A DNA stretch of 57,784 nt, from the IMG/VR virus record IMGVR_UViG_3300044742_000189, positions 1-57,784 of that record, one strand, 5' to 3'. A program made the position numbers and the translations under genes. Origin of the DNA: a virus (Duplodnaviria; Caudoviricetes). The notes beneath the pieces are model-generated. The model saw only the letters and a program-made list of their open reading frames with translations, searched no databases and was not told the DNA's origin. Positions 46,039 through 56,132 of this stretch are shown in pieces. The number at the start of each line of letters is the position of its first letter. Positions within the stretch are counted from its first letter, which is position 1.

Positions 46039-47115
46039 CTAAGCGATTGTGCTAGAAGCCATCCTGATCCAGTTAGTTCCGTCGCTAACCATGATGCACC
46101 ATGCGCCGTCAGTTCCGGGTAAAATTGCAGTTCCGGCACTTGCCGTAGTATTGGGAACAACATTGGACGAGACGGATGTTACAGTCTGTGCTTGTATTGT
46201 CTTCATGTAAATCTCGCGACCTGGCCAAGCCGATGCTGCAGGAAGAGTTACTTGCGTGTCGCTTCCTTTGTTGCATATCACCCAGTTCTCCGTAGCCGCC
46301 AGACTGAAGTCGCCCGTCTTGGTGACGACGTTGCCGCGCGAAAGCGGCCCGCCCAATGTCGCAAGCAGCGTGCTCGCAATGGTTAGGCCGGCGACGGGCG
46401 TGTTCGGCGTTGAGCCCGTGCTGCCCGCAGGCGCCACCTTGAATATGAAGCTGCCGCCTGCTCCAGTCCCTTTCCCAGGCGAGGCGATGAACGTCCAATC
46501 TTTACCAGCTTGATCCGATGAGCCGCCAGTAACGAGTCCCTGAGAGCGGATCGTCTGCGCGACGGCGGCCGCATTGGTATCTGCATCGGCGGCGCCAAGC
46601 TGAAGAGAGGCGGCGCCGCCGCGCGTGATAAAGAGATCCTGCGTATCGCCATAAGAGGACCCACTCGTCCACGCAAGCGCCAGGGCGCTTGTTATCTGCA
46701 TCGCAGCGCTGCTGCGAACGCCAAGCCCAAACGCATTGCTTGAATCCGTGAAGGCTGCGCCAGCGCGAACTATTCCATAACCGGAGACACTAAAATACGA
46801 CGACACGCCCACCAGGCAATCGATATGTTTTGAATTGCCGTCACTTGCCGTGTCCGTAATCGCACTGCTAATAGAAGTAAAGACCGTGGCGCCGTTATTC
46901 CATGTTTGGCTGCTGGTGAGCGGCTTGCTGGTCGTGACGGTGCCGGCCGCAAAGATATTTTGCCCTGTCCACGTATTCGCTAAGCCAAGGATGTAATCCC
47001 TGATTTGGCTGTTGGTGAGATACCCCTTGACGCCGGCCTTCGACGCTGGGATGCGGTCGGTGGCCGACGCAGAAGCATGCGCGCTAGAGCCAGAAATAGT
47101 AACAGCGGTGCTCAT
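46039..47115 (-). CDS. Ser/Thr-rich tail fibre-like virion protein
   Basis: Beta-rich; C-terminal VTKTGDF...VTLPAAS..PGR...VSDGTNW domain; stop codon lies in the TSD. Confidence 0.7.
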   Translation of the reverse strand: MSTAVTISGSSAHASASATDRIPASKAGVKGYLTNSQIRDYILGLANTWTGQNIFAAGTVTTSKPLTSSQTWNNGATVFTSISSAITDTASDGNSKHIDCLVGVSSYFSVSGYGIVRAGAAFTDSSNAFGLGVRSSAAMQITSALALAWTSGSSYGDTQDLFITRGGAASLQLGAADADTNAAAVAQTIRSQGLVTGGSSDQAGKDWTFIASPGKGTGAGGSFIFKVAPAGSTGSTPNTPVAGLTIASTLLATLGGPLSRGNVVTKTGDFSLAATENWVICNKGSDTQVTLPAASAWPGREIYMKTIQAQTVTSVSSNVVPNTTASAGTAILPGTDGAWCIMVSDGTNWIRMASSTIA

Positions 47116-47119
47116 GGTG

Positions 47120-47266
47120 TCAGTCGTCCCATGCTATCCAGACGTTAACATCCTCGTCCCACGCCATGACATCGCCATCGTCCCAGAGGATTTCATCGGG
47201 TACGGAGCCGATAGGCGTCCCACCAGCACCGCCAATGAGGATGATGAGTTTTTTGACGGTATCCAT
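47120..47266 (-). CDS. 48-aa acidic Trp-Asp repeat virion-region peptide
   Basis: MDTVKKLIILIGGAGG...ILWDDGDVMAWDEDVNVWIAWDD; TGATG-coupled; below the ORF-track cutoff. Confidence 0.55.
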   Translation of the reverse strand: MDTVKKLIILIGGAGGTPIGSVPDEILWDDGDVMAWDEDVNVWIAWDD

Positions 47267-47745
47267 CAGAGTTTTACGGCATGCAGCGTGATTTTGTGTA
47301 CCGTTGCGCTCTGTGGCGTATAGGCGCCAACGGTCACCAAATAGGCGAACAGGCTTTGACCGCTCAGCGCTAATTGCTTGTTGACGATGTTCTGCTCGAC
47401 GTAGACCGTGCCACCGAGATCGACGGCAGTCCCGAGCTCTAGGAAGCCAAGATAAGACGCGCGATCACCCGTCAGAATGTCCCAAGCAACATTGTCACCA
47501 TAAGCACTAGGCGGCGTGATGTTGTAAAGATGCAAGCGGTAGCTGGTTTCGCCCGATATGACGGCGTTGCGGTCAATTTCCAGCTGCGTGCTGGTAATCA
47601 TGATGCGCGATCCGGATTCACCCATGCCCTTGAATTCTAGGGCAGCGGTTGACCCCGTGGCCGCGCCGAGCACATCATTGGCTGTGTATGCGTTCGTATC
47701 GCTGGTACGCGTCAGCGAGACGATGGCGCCGTAAGCGTCGCTCAT
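47266..47745 (-). CDS. Virion-region protein
   Basis: TRTSDTNAYTANDV motif; beta-rich. Confidence 0.65.
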   Translation of the reverse strand: MSDAYGAIVSLTRTSDTNAYTANDVLGAATGSTAALEFKGMGESGSRIMITSTQLEIDRNAVISGETSYRLHLYNITPPSAYGDNVAWDILTGDRASYLGFLELGTAVDLGGTVYVEQNIVNKQLALSGQSLFAYLVTVGAYTPQSATVHKITLHAVKL

Positions 47746-47779
47746 GATCGGAGGCCTTCGAGGGAGAGGAGGGGAGGGG

Positions 47780-48535
47780 TTAGGAAACCTTGCGCCAGTT
47801 GAATGTGATCGTGCCGGTGAAGGTCACAGCGCCTGCCGCGTCCACGTTGGCCCAGCCATCAGCTACGTTCAGAAACAAATCGTGCGACAGTCCGCCGGTG
47901 GTCTTGATCCAAACGCCCATGGTGCTGGCCGCCAGCATGCCCTTTAACACGAAGGTATCGCCCGCGACGTTCGGCAGAATCGCGGTGCCGCCTACGACGC
48001 CGCCGGCCGCACCGCCGTCGATATAGTCCTCCATGGTGGTGGACAGCGTTGTGACGGCGCCCGTTCCAACGGTGGAACCGACACCATACTCTGGTGTATC
48101 GGTCGTGACAGAGATTGCGGCGGTGAACTTGCCAAAAATCACCATATCCTTGACCACGATATCGCCGGCCGGAAAGGTGTAGAACTTCGCGCCAATCGCA
48201 AGGTTAGAACTGTCGCCGGACGTGCCGATCGCGAATGCGGTCATAGTTAGTTTGGTGAAGTGGTCGACATCGCTGCCGGATTCTAGGGCTGCCGTGGTTG
48301 CCGAGGTGGTGACGGTCCCAGCGGTGCCGTCTGGCAACCAGGCGCTTCCACTGTAGACGTTAATCAGGCCCGTCGTGGTGTTGTAGATGGCATCGCCAGC
48401 CTTAGCACCACCCGATCCCGTCAGCGCGTCCCGCTGCGTGGTCGTCAGGTTGTTGAGGCGCAAACCCGGGTGGTCTGTGCCCTCAAACTGGTGACGCTTA
48501 CTCCAGACGATCGGGATATCACGATGCACGGACAT
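47780..48535 (-). CDS. Thr-rich virion/decoration-like protein
   Basis: LTTTQRDAL...GDAIYNTTT...YSGSAW repeat seen in phage fibres. Confidence 0.65.
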   Translation of the reverse strand: MSVHRDIPIVWSKRHQFEGTDHPGLRLNNLTTTQRDALTGSGGAKAGDAIYNTTTGLINVYSGSAWLPDGTAGTVTTSATTAALESGSDVDHFTKLTMTAFAIGTSGDSSNLAIGAKFYTFPAGDIVVKDMVIFGKFTAAISVTTDTPEYGVGSTVGTGAVTTLSTTMEDYIDGGAAGGVVGGTAILPNVAGDTFVLKGMLAASTMGVWIKTTGGLSHDLFLNVADGWANVDAAGAVTFTGTITFNWRKVS

Positions 48536-49535
48536 GGGTTGTCCTTTCAGAAGGTTGATGACTCATGTCCGCACGGGCCTTTCCATTCGGCCGCACCGAT
48601 TTCATTAGGATCGTCTCGAAGTATGCAATCGTCGCCGTCAGGCCGTCGCGCAATGGCACGGTCGGCCGCCAGCCCAGCTCCGTCTTGGCGAGCGCGATGT
48701 CGGGCTGGCGCTGGCGCGGGTCATCTTGCGGCAGCGGCAGATACACGAGCTTCGATTTCGATCCCGTAAGCTCGATCACGAGTTCAGCAAGGTCATTCAT
48801 GGAGAACTCAGAGGGATTGCCGAGGTTGACCGGCCCAGTGAATCCGTCCGAGTTCTCCATGAGTCGAACCAGACCGCGCACCAAGTCATCGACGTAGCAG
48901 AACGATCGCGTCTGGCTGCCGTCGCCGTAGATGGTGATCGGCTTACCCTTTAGGGCCTGCACGATGAAGTTCGACACCACGCGCCCATCGTTTGGGTGCA
49001 TGCGCGGGCCGTAGGTATTGAAGATGCGTGCGACCTTGATATCTAGGTGATGCTGGCGACGGTAATCGAAGAACAGAGTCTCGGCGCAGCGCTTGCCCTC
49101 GTCGTAGCAGGCCCGCGGCCCCACAGGGTTGACGTTGCCCCAGTAGTCCTCGCGCTGCGGATGCTGGCTTGGATCGCCGTAGACCTCACTCGTTGAGGCT
49201 TGCAGAATGCGACACTTGAGGCGCTTGGCGAGACCCAGCATGTTGATGGCGCCATGCACGCTGGTTTTCGTCGTCTGCACAGGATCGCGCTGATAGTGAA
49301 CTGGCGAGGCTGGGCACGCCAGGTTGTAGATTTCGTCGACCTCTACATACAGAGGAAGCGTCACATCATGGCGCAACAACTCAAAGCGCGGATGGCCAAT
49401 GCGATGCTCGACGTTACGCTTGTTGCCCGTGACGAAATTGTCTAAGCACAGCACCCCATGACCGGCCTCGAGCAGGCGGTCACACAGATGCGAGCCGAGA
49501 AACCCGGCGCCGCCGGTCACCAGGATGGATTTCAA
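48519..49535 (-). CDS. uxs: UDP-glucuronate decarboxylase (UDP-xylose synthase), extended SDR
   Basis: [63 protein letters not shown]; TTG start coupled to the GT stop. Confidence 0.93.
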   Translation of the reverse strand: MKSILVTGGAGFLGSHLCDRLLEAGHGVLCLDNFVTGNKRNVEHRIGHPRFELLRHDVTLPLYVEVDEIYNLACPASPVHYQRDPVQTTKTSVHGAINMLGLAKRLKCRILQASTSEVYGDPSQHPQREDYWGNVNPVGPRACYDEGKRCAETLFFDYRRQHHLDIKVARIFNTYGPRMHPNDGRVVSNFIVQALKGKPITIYGDGSQTRSFCYVDDLVRGLVRLMENSDGFTGPVNLGNPSEFSMNDLAELVIELTGSKSKLVYLPLPQDDPRQRQPDIALAKTELGWRPTVPLRDGLTATIAYFETILMKSVRPNGKARADMSHQPSERTTHVRAS

Positions 49536-50632
49536 TTCAGGTACTCCGCCCATTGGCGAGCTCGGATCGCCCATGTGTGATGCCGGTTCATATGAACTGC
49601 CTGGGCATAGAGCGCAGCGGCATCGGTCTCGATGGAATAAGGGCGGTCAACGATGGCGCGCGTGTAGTCCCGCACATATTTTGGTTCGTCCTTGAAATCG
49701 ATAGGCACGAGATCGGCAAAGCCCTCAGTCGTTTCCGGGAGCGCGGCGAAATCACTCGTCACCACACGCATTCCCGCGGCCATTGCTTCCATCACAGCTA
49801 TGCAGCTCGTTTCCGGGAATATGTTGGGATAGGCGAGGATGTGCGCGTGCGCGAGGCGTTCGGCGAGAGCCGGCTGAGGCAGGGAGCCGACGTACTCCAC
49901 GCCATCAGTGGACCTCAGGGCGTCGTACATGCCGCTGAACATTTCCGCGTCGAAAACCTCGTGCTTCCGATAGACAGCCATGCTCGAGAAGACGCTTAGC
50001 TTGGCTTCCGGGTTGCTTCGTCGGTACTCCGGGAAGATGTCGAGCAGATGCTTCAAGCCGCGGTATGGCGTGCTGGTATAAGCCAGCGTCAACGGGTTGG
50101 ACTTAGCCCTGACCAGATCATCAGGCGAACGGAACAACCCCTCGAAAGACGGCGCGATCGCATTGCGGATGGTGGTCAGCCGATCAGGGGCGAGACCGAA
50201 CGTCTCGATGTAAGAGTTGCGCTGCCAATCCGACACGCAAACGATGCCATCCCAATTCTCGCTGATCTCCTTGACGGCCAGCCTGCACATCGCCGGCTGC
50301 ACCGTCTCGTGCTGCGTCCACAGGATCAGCTTCGTCGATGGCGGCAGATCGGAGCGCCGCTTGCTACCGCTCGACGAGTTGAGGACGATAACAGCGTCGA
50401 ACTTGCGCTCGCGAAAGAATGCACCACTGCAAAGGCGGGCGTTGATGCACTCGACCCCGGATACTATGGCCGGGCGCTTCGTGCCGGACATAACCGTGAC
50501 TGTGTGCCCCACCTTGGCAAGCGCCACCGCGAGGTAACACAGCGCCGACTGAGACCCGCCGAGCGGCCCGACCGTAGGCGCATCGACGTTGTAGTCCCAG
50601 TCCGTGAGATCAACGAAGCAGAGGCGCATCAC
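49532..50632 (-). CDS. GT-B glycosyltransferase (GT4-like)
   Basis: [39 protein letters not shown]. Confidence 0.9.
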   Translation of the reverse strand: MMRLCFVDLTDWDYNVDAPTVGPLGGSQSALCYLAVALAKVGHTVTVMSGTKRPAIVSGVECINARLCSGAFFRERKFDAVIVLNSSSGSKRRSDLPPSTKLILWTQHETVQPAMCRLAVKEISENWDGIVCVSDWQRNSYIETFGLAPDRLTTIRNAIAPSFEGLFRSPDDLVRAKSNPLTLAYTSTPYRGLKHLLDIFPEYRRSNPEAKLSVFSSMAVYRKHEVFDAEMFSGMYDALRSTDGVEYVGSLPQPALAERLAHAHILAYPNIFPETSCIAVMEAMAAGMRVVTSDFAALPETTEGFADLVPIDFKDEPKYVRDYTRAIVDRPYSIETDAAALYAQAVHMNRHHTWAIRARQWAEYLN

Positions 50633-51351
50633 GCTGCCGAGCCCATCTTCTCTGGTCTATCGGCGGCGCTCTTGGTAAAATCCCCGGCCCAGACGTTGCG
50701 GCCCGCATGCAGGAGCTTGATTACCGGATCGAGCCAAATCTTGAAGCCTGCACGTGTGGCGAATACGGAGAACGCATAGTCCTCTCCCCACCACATCGGC
50801 TTGCCCTTGGCATTCTTGGGAAACCCATCGATGAGACCCGTTGGGAACAGATCAATCACATCGGACTGGAACGGCTCGTGGTAAAACGTGCGGCCCGCAT
50901 GCTCGGCATACAAAACCTCTATGACCTCGCGCTTGATGAGCAAGAACCCGGTTGCGACCATGTCGCACTGAAGCAGGCCAAAGTCATCGGGTATGCCATC
51001 GGTCAACGCATACGGCCATGTCTTGGTTGGAGGCAGACCAGGCGCGACCTTCTTAGGGTAGGGCGCCACGATGATATCGCGGTCGTAGCTGAGCAAGCGA
51101 CGCAGGGCGCCCGCGGGGGCCGCTACGTCGTCATCCCAGAAGAACAGATGACTGCAACCAGACTGCATGAACTGATGGGTGAGAAGATTGCGGCACAGAT
51201 GCACGTAGCAGTTGCCGTGCAAGAAATTGACCTCCGGCCTCTCTTTATCGGCCTCCTGCATATCGAGGACCGTCGCGTTGAGACTGACGATGCAATCGAT
51301 GTCCGGCTTACCCGTACCTGACGGCATGGCAATGAAAACGCGTTCTTTCAT
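50629..51351 (-). CDS. GT-A fold glycosyltransferase (GT2-like)
   Basis: VFIAMP, RN.L...F, LFFWDDD, ATGFLLIKREV, GEDYAFS, IWLDP...HAG. Confidence 0.85.
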   Translation of the reverse strand: MKERVFIAMPSGTGKPDIDCIVSLNATVLDMQEADKERPEVNFLHGNCYVHLCRNLLTHQFMQSGCSHLFFWDDDVAAPAGALRRLLSYDRDIIVAPYPKKVAPGLPPTKTWPYALTDGIPDDFGLLQCDMVATGFLLIKREVIEVLYAEHAGRTFYHEPFQSDVIDLFPTGLIDGFPKNAKGKPMWWGEDYAFSVFATRAGFKIWLDPVIKLLHAGRNVWAGDFTKSAADRPEKMGSAA

Positions 51352-51358
51352 CCTGTCC

Positions 51359-52141
51359 TCATGTCTTGCGCACCTGAGCGATGAAGTACCCGTTGTGCCA
51401 ATCGCTTTTGCCGCGGGTGTACTTGTCGGGTGGGTGGCTGTCGTTCTTAGTGGTGCGAATCTCGATGGCGTGATCTACGCGAAGTCCGGCATCTATTAGC
51501 GCCTTCAGCGTTCCAGTCCTGACCCCGAGCCAGTTCCAGTCGTCTACGATGAGGGTGTAGCTATCGGCGAGCGCATGCTGAGCGCGCCTGATCCCTTCGT
51601 AGTGATCCTGCTCATTGTGCGGCCCGTCGAACACATACACATTGAACGGGCCGCCCTTGATGCTGGAATATCGGACATCCCGGAAGTCGGACTCAATAAC
51701 CTCTAGCGTGGCATCGGTTCTGATGGCGGCGATATTGGCAAAGAAGTCCTCACGCGGGCCGCCATACTCGGACCAATTATCAATGCAGCAAGCGTGCCCC
51801 TTATTGCCCTCGATGGCAGAGGCAAGCGTCGAACCCTTCCACGATCCGACCTCGAGGTAGCGAGCGTCAGATCCGAGCAACCGCATCAACTGGTTGATGA
51901 ATATCCGATACCTACGGCCAGACATTCCATCTAAGCCGAGCACAAATGGCGAGGGGCGAGCAACTGTCGGACTGATAGCGGCCAGCATGGCTTGGCCGAT
52001 AAGCGTGCCGCTGGTGACTTGATCCCACCATCCCAATTCCTCTCGGTAGGATGGTTCTGCCAACCGCCGCTGGCGGTGTAGATCGGCCCGTGCGTCACCG
52101 TCTGAGAATTGGGGCGAGCCCATTTGCGCAGGCTCGCCCAT
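51359..52141 (-). CDS. Class I SAM-dependent methyltransferase (Methyltransf_24-like)
   Basis: YLEVGSWKGST, CIDNW, VFDGPH, IVDDWNW. Confidence 0.88.
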   Translation of the reverse strand: MGEPAQMGSPQFSDGDARADLHRQRRLAEPSYREELGWWDQVTSGTLIGQAMLAAISPTVARPSPFVLGLDGMSGRRYRIFINQLMRLLGSDARYLEVGSWKGSTLASAIEGNKGHACCIDNWSEYGGPREDFFANIAAIRTDATLEVIESDFRDVRYSSIKGGPFNVYVFDGPHNEQDHYEGIRRAQHALADSYTLIVDDWNWLGVRTGTLKALIDAGLRVDHAIEIRTTKNDSHPPDKYTRGKSDWHNGYFIAQVRKT

Positions 52142-52150
52142 CTTGGTCTG

Positions 52151-52615
52151 TTACGCTGCCACGGGCGCGATTCCGGTCGTCACGTTGATCTCAGGATCGA
52201 CGAAATACGACAGCCCGAGGATGAACGTGCCGGCTACGGCGGTCTCTGCCGTAGTGGCAACCGTCATCTTGAGACGGGTGGCCGTCGCATACTTGGTGTA
52301 GCGAGCGGTTGTCGTCATCGCTGACGAACCGGCGCTCTGACCAGTGGTCGTGTTGGCGAAGAACAGGTTGGTAGTGGTCGAGTCGCCGACGTTGTACGCT
52401 AGTGATGTGCCGGTATCCAAATCGTCGACCTTCACATAACCATCAACGATGACGGCGCCGGCCGGAACATACATGAGCCAGGTAATGTCGCCGGTCTGCA
52501 TCTGTGTGGTTGGCAATTCCGCAATTGCGGTTGCGTGAACGATTTGGCGATTGCCGCCAGGGCCTACGCCCACATAGCCGGTTTTCGCGTTTGGAAGAGT
52601 GACTGTGTCAACCAT
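52151..52615 (-). CDS. Capsid decoration/cement-like protein
   Basis: VPAGAVIVD...DDLDTG...VGD pattern; Thr-rich; follows the capsid gene. Confidence 0.65.
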   Translation of the reverse strand: MVDTVTLPNAKTGYVGVGPGGNRQIVHATAIAELPTTQMQTGDITWLMYVPAGAVIVDGYVKVDDLDTGTSLAYNVGDSTTTNLFFANTTTGQSAGSSAMTTTARYTKYATATRLKMTVATTAETAVAGTFILGLSYFVDPEINVTTGIAPVAA

Positions 52616-52696
52616 TGGAGTTCATCCTTCGAGAAAGATTGTGGGTTTCGACTTGTTTAGCTGTGCAGCGATGCGTGTTTCCGCTATACTTATGCG

Positions 52697-53242
52697 ATGC
52701 AGAACAGCGACGAGATTTGGAAGGTCATCCCCAACTATGGGGATTGCTATTCGGTATCCAATCGTGGGCGAGTTATGCGCTTGAAACGCGGGCCCGGCAC
52801 AAGGCCGGGTCGCATTTGCAAGCCAGCATACTTGCGGGGATATGCTCGCTACAGGTTAAGCGTTAATGCCGAGCACCCACGCATGTTCAACGCCCACCGT
52901 CTCGTCTACGAGGTCTTCGTTGGCCCGATCCCGGAGGGAATGCAGATCAATCACAAGAACGGCATCAAGGACGACAACAGACCAGAGAACCTTGAGGTCG
53001 TTACTGCGTCTGAGAACAAACTGCATGCTCATCGCGTTTTGGGTCTGCCCGGCAATATCAACTCAATGCCAGGCGAAACAAATCCAAGAGCGAAAGTGAA
53101 CTGGGATCAGGTTCGCGAAATCCGCCGACGCTACGCAGTCGGCGGCATCAGTCAGCAGGCTCTCGCCGATGAATTCCGCCTTGACCAAACGGTGGTAAGC
53201 CGAATTGTCAGAGGAACTATTTGGAAAGAGCCGATCGCATAA
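52697..53242 (+). CDS. NUMOD4-HNH homing endonuclease with C-terminal HTH
   Basis: EIWKVIPNY..YSVSNRGRV, HRLV..F, INHKNGIKDDNRPENLE. Confidence 0.92.
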   Translation: MQNSDEIWKVIPNYGDCYSVSNRGRVMRLKRGPGTRPGRICKPAYLRGYARYRLSVNAEHPRMFNAHRLVYEVFVGPIPEGMQINHKNGIKDDNRPENLEVVTASENKLHAHRVLGLPGNINSMPGETNPRAKVNWDQVREIRRRYAVGGISQQALADEFRLDQTVVSRIVRGTIWKEPIA

Positions 53243-53264
53243 GTCATTGAAAACACTAGCGAAA

Positions 53265-54398
53265 TCACGCGTCCCCGACTGCGGCAAACCACCCGGTGAC
53301 AATGCCATTGTCGATGAACGTCCCGTCGACGCCGTGCTTGCGCATGATCTTGTTGACGCCAACCATCTCCTCGATGCCCGCGCCGGTGAAGAAGTCGTAA
53401 TCGGTTTCCTTCTTCTCGGTCGGCCTCGGCTCCTGACCCCAAGCAGCGCAAATCGCCTGTGCGCCGCAAAGGAAGGCGCCGCCGCAGACGACTGATCCGC
53501 TGTTGGTGATCGTCGGGAACTCCGGGATCTCGCGGATGATGACGCCGTCATGGATAAGGTCGCCGTCCTGAAACAGCGGGTTGTTATCCATGCCGTTGCC
53601 CTCACGGGAGCGAGCGTCACGATTGTTTGAGATGATCGTGCTGTCGCCCTTCAAATCCCGGAACGATCTTGAGTTTGTGAACAGGACGTAATACTCGCGA
53701 CCCGCTTCCGAGTCGGTGCGGATTGGCCGGATGTGCGGATCGCACGTCTTGGCCAGCCGCTTCATGACGCCGATTGCCGCCGCCGTGAGCTTGTCGTCGG
53801 TGTTGTCGAGAGTAGCCAACGATGTGGCGAAGTCGGTGGCGTTGTTGGAGATCAACTTGCCGAACAAAGTACGATCCGTATTGGCGGCTCGCCATGTGTT
53901 GTTCTGGGTGCTGGTCGCCGTGATGTTCCAACTATTCAGCGGCGCGGTGACAGTTGCGCATTGTGCGCCGCTGAACGCCACCGAATGCAGTGCATCGATG
54001 ACATCGTCGCGCAGCTTTTCGCTTGACCACTGCTTGAGCAGCGGGCGGGCGGCATCGCGAGCGCTGGAGGCGTCGTAATGCTCATCCTGGGCCGAGAATT
54101 CGATGGCGTTCCTGCGATACTGGATCGTCACCGAATGGCTGTGCTTGCCCAACGACTCCTCTGCACCGGTCAGGCGCGTGTTGCCGACCACGCCGCCGGA
54201 GGTCAAGCGACCAACGAGCGGGATCGTCAACGTCTTGCCCTTGGGCTTCAACTCCATCGCCGTGTGGATGACGGAGGTAATGCCCTCGCTGCCGGTGCCC
54301 ATATATTTCTTGAAGCCGGACTCGCGGACATACTCCAGCCAATACTGCTGCCTCCACTTAGTAAGTACGAGATCTGATGGCGTTGTGGTGGTGGTCAT
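53265..54398 (-). CDS. Major capsid protein (N4 gp56-like / DUF4043)
   Basis: F..YMG, G..LTIPL...L...GV.GN..L.GAEE, NPLF.....DGVIIRE, LCGAQA..AWG, DNGIV. Confidence 0.88.
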   Translation of the reverse strand: MTTTTTPSDLVLTKWRQQYWLEYVRESGFKKYMGTGSEGITSVIHTAMELKPKGKTLTIPLVGRLTSGGVVGNTRLTGAEESLGKHSHSVTIQYRRNAIEFSAQDEHYDASSARDAARPLLKQWSSEKLRDDVIDALHSVAFSGAQCATVTAPLNSWNITATSTQNNTWRAANTDRTLFGKLISNNATDFATSLATLDNTDDKLTAAAIGVMKRLAKTCDPHIRPIRTDSEAGREYYVLFTNSRSFRDLKGDSTIISNNRDARSREGNGMDNNPLFQDGDLIHDGVIIREIPEFPTITNSGSVVCGGAFLCGAQAICAAWGQEPRPTEKKETDYDFFTGAGIEEMVGVNKIMRKHGVDGTFIDNGIVTGWFAAVGDA

Positions 54399-54410
54399 GA
54401 GAGTTCCCGT

Positions 54411-55220
54411 CTAGGTTCGTTGCGGCTTCGCAAAGAGCTGCGATTTGAAGAAGTCGCCCGCATCCATGACCACCGGGGACGTAGCGCTGGCCCTGGTGGC
54501 GGATGAAAGCGACGGCGGGAGAATTTGAGGCTGCCCAGGTCGCGCGGCAGGCGCGGCCACCCCCTTCGCCAACTCAGCAAGGATTTCCGCTTTGAGCTTT
54601 TCCTTGTACGCGGCGGGGTCGCCGATTTCCTTCGCGATGGTCTGGCTCGTGTGCCACTTCATCAGCTCCTGGTAGGGAAGCTGCTGGTTCAGGAAGTAGT
54701 CACCTAAACCTGCCGCCTTGGCAGCATCGCGTGCAGTTTCGACGGCTGCATCGCCATGCTTGTCCCTAGCCAGCATCTCGGAGGTGTTGGCCCTGTTGTG
54801 GATCGCCATGCTTTGCATTTGCTGGTCCTTGCGGGCCAACTCCTGCTGAACGGCTGCAGCGAACCTTTCGGGCTCAGCCACCGGATCGATGGGTTGAGGC
54901 TGAGGTCGTGACGCATATTGCTGCGCCTCAAAATGCTGACGGATTTTCGCTTCGAGTTCCTGGCGTTCCTGGCGCAATTGCGCTTGGGCGGCTTGACGCT
55001 CTTTGCGTTCCTCAATCAGCAAATGCAGGGGAACCTGATACGGCTCGGCTGGCGTCGGCGGCACAACGGGCTGTGGGGCCGGCTGCGCGACGACGGGCTG
55101 AGCTACTGGCTCGGCTGTGGGCTGTGCCTGATGATGATCCGCCGAAATAGGCTGGAGGATCGACTCAACGTCCGCAGGCAATGCTTGCGGCTGAGCAACT
55201 TCAACTTGATGCTGTTCCAC
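54411..55220 (-). CDS. Scaffolding protein
   Basis: VPL..LIEERKERQ coiled coil, IDP...PE, PPSLS; directly upstream of the capsid gene. Confidence 0.8.
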   Translation of the reverse strand: MEQHQVEVAQPQALPADVESILQPISADHHQAQPTAEPVAQPVVAQPAPQPVVPPTPAEPYQVPLHLLIEERKERQAAQAQLRQERQELEAKIRQHFEAQQYASRPQPQPIDPVAEPERFAAAVQQELARKDQQMQSMAIHNRANTSEMLARDKHGDAAVETARDAAKAAGLGDYFLNQQLPYQELMKWHTSQTIAKEIGDPAAYKEKLKAEILAELAKGVAAPAARPGQPQILPPSLSSATRASATSPVVMDAGDFFKSQLFAKPQRT

Positions 55221-55383
55221 TGCGTTTTTCTCCAGTATCGTTGGGGAGCCACGAACCGCCCTGTGTCGTCGGGCGCGACGAACCGCTCTGGACGCAACTG
55301 TCTTTCCACCGTTCCGAGCGCGGAACGATGTGACTTCAGACGCGAATGCTGGTAAAATGGACTAAGCCAAATAGAGAGAGAAC

Positions 55384-55926
55384 ATGCCGCTTACTCAACG
55401 CCAGAAATGGGCTATCAAAAAACGAAACCGTCGCGGATTAACTTGCGAGCGCCTAAAAGAGTTGTTCGTGTACGACCAGGACGCCGGAACCTTTCGGCGC
55501 ACAGTAGATGCGGGAGGCTACAAGGCTGGAGCCATTGCGGGCGGCTCTACTGGCAAGGGATATCACTACATTGGCATCGACGGAGCGCAGTGGCTCACGC
55601 ACCAACTGGCGTGGCTATACGTTTACGGTGAATGGCCATCAATGCAGATCGACCACATCAACGGCAACCGAGCCGACAACCGCATCGCTAACCTACGGGA
55701 GGCCACAGATTCTCAGCAGAGAGCGAATTCCGCCACTCACAAGAACAACACATCAGGCTCCAGAGGGGTGAGCTTCTACGCGAAACACAACCGCTACAAA
55801 GCTAAAATTGCGTACAACGGCACAACGCACTATCTTGGTTGGTTCAAGACACGCGAGGAGGCCGAAGATGCGTACCGCAGAGCCGCTACCCGTCTATTCG
55901 GGGAGTTCTCTGCTGAACTGCGCTAG
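55384..55926 (+). CDS. HNH endonuclease with AP2 domain
   Basis: LAWLYVYGEWP..IDHING.RADNRIANLR, NTSG.RGV, YLGWFKT.EEA. Confidence 0.92.
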   Translation: MPLTQRQKWAIKKRNRRGLTCERLKELFVYDQDAGTFRRTVDAGGYKAGAIAGGSTGKGYHYIGIDGAQWLTHQLAWLYVYGEWPSMQIDHINGNRADNRIANLREATDSQQRANSATHKNNTSGSRGVSFYAKHNRYKAKIAYNGTTHYLGWFKTREEAEDAYRRAATRLFGEFSAELR

Positions 55927-56132
55927 CTTCAGGCGCCCTGCCGTGTCGCTGCGGAGCAGTTCTTCACCCACGAGCACCCGTGCGAGTAGCGAATGAAAAC
56001 GACAAAGCCTAGACTTAGTCTCGCCGAGGGCTGGCCCAAGGGCTGGTGCTACTCAGGCGAGATAGAAACCGTGAACATTGAAGCGCTACTGGCGCCGGAT
56101 GAGTATTTTAACCGGGTGATCCTAGGGCGTGA

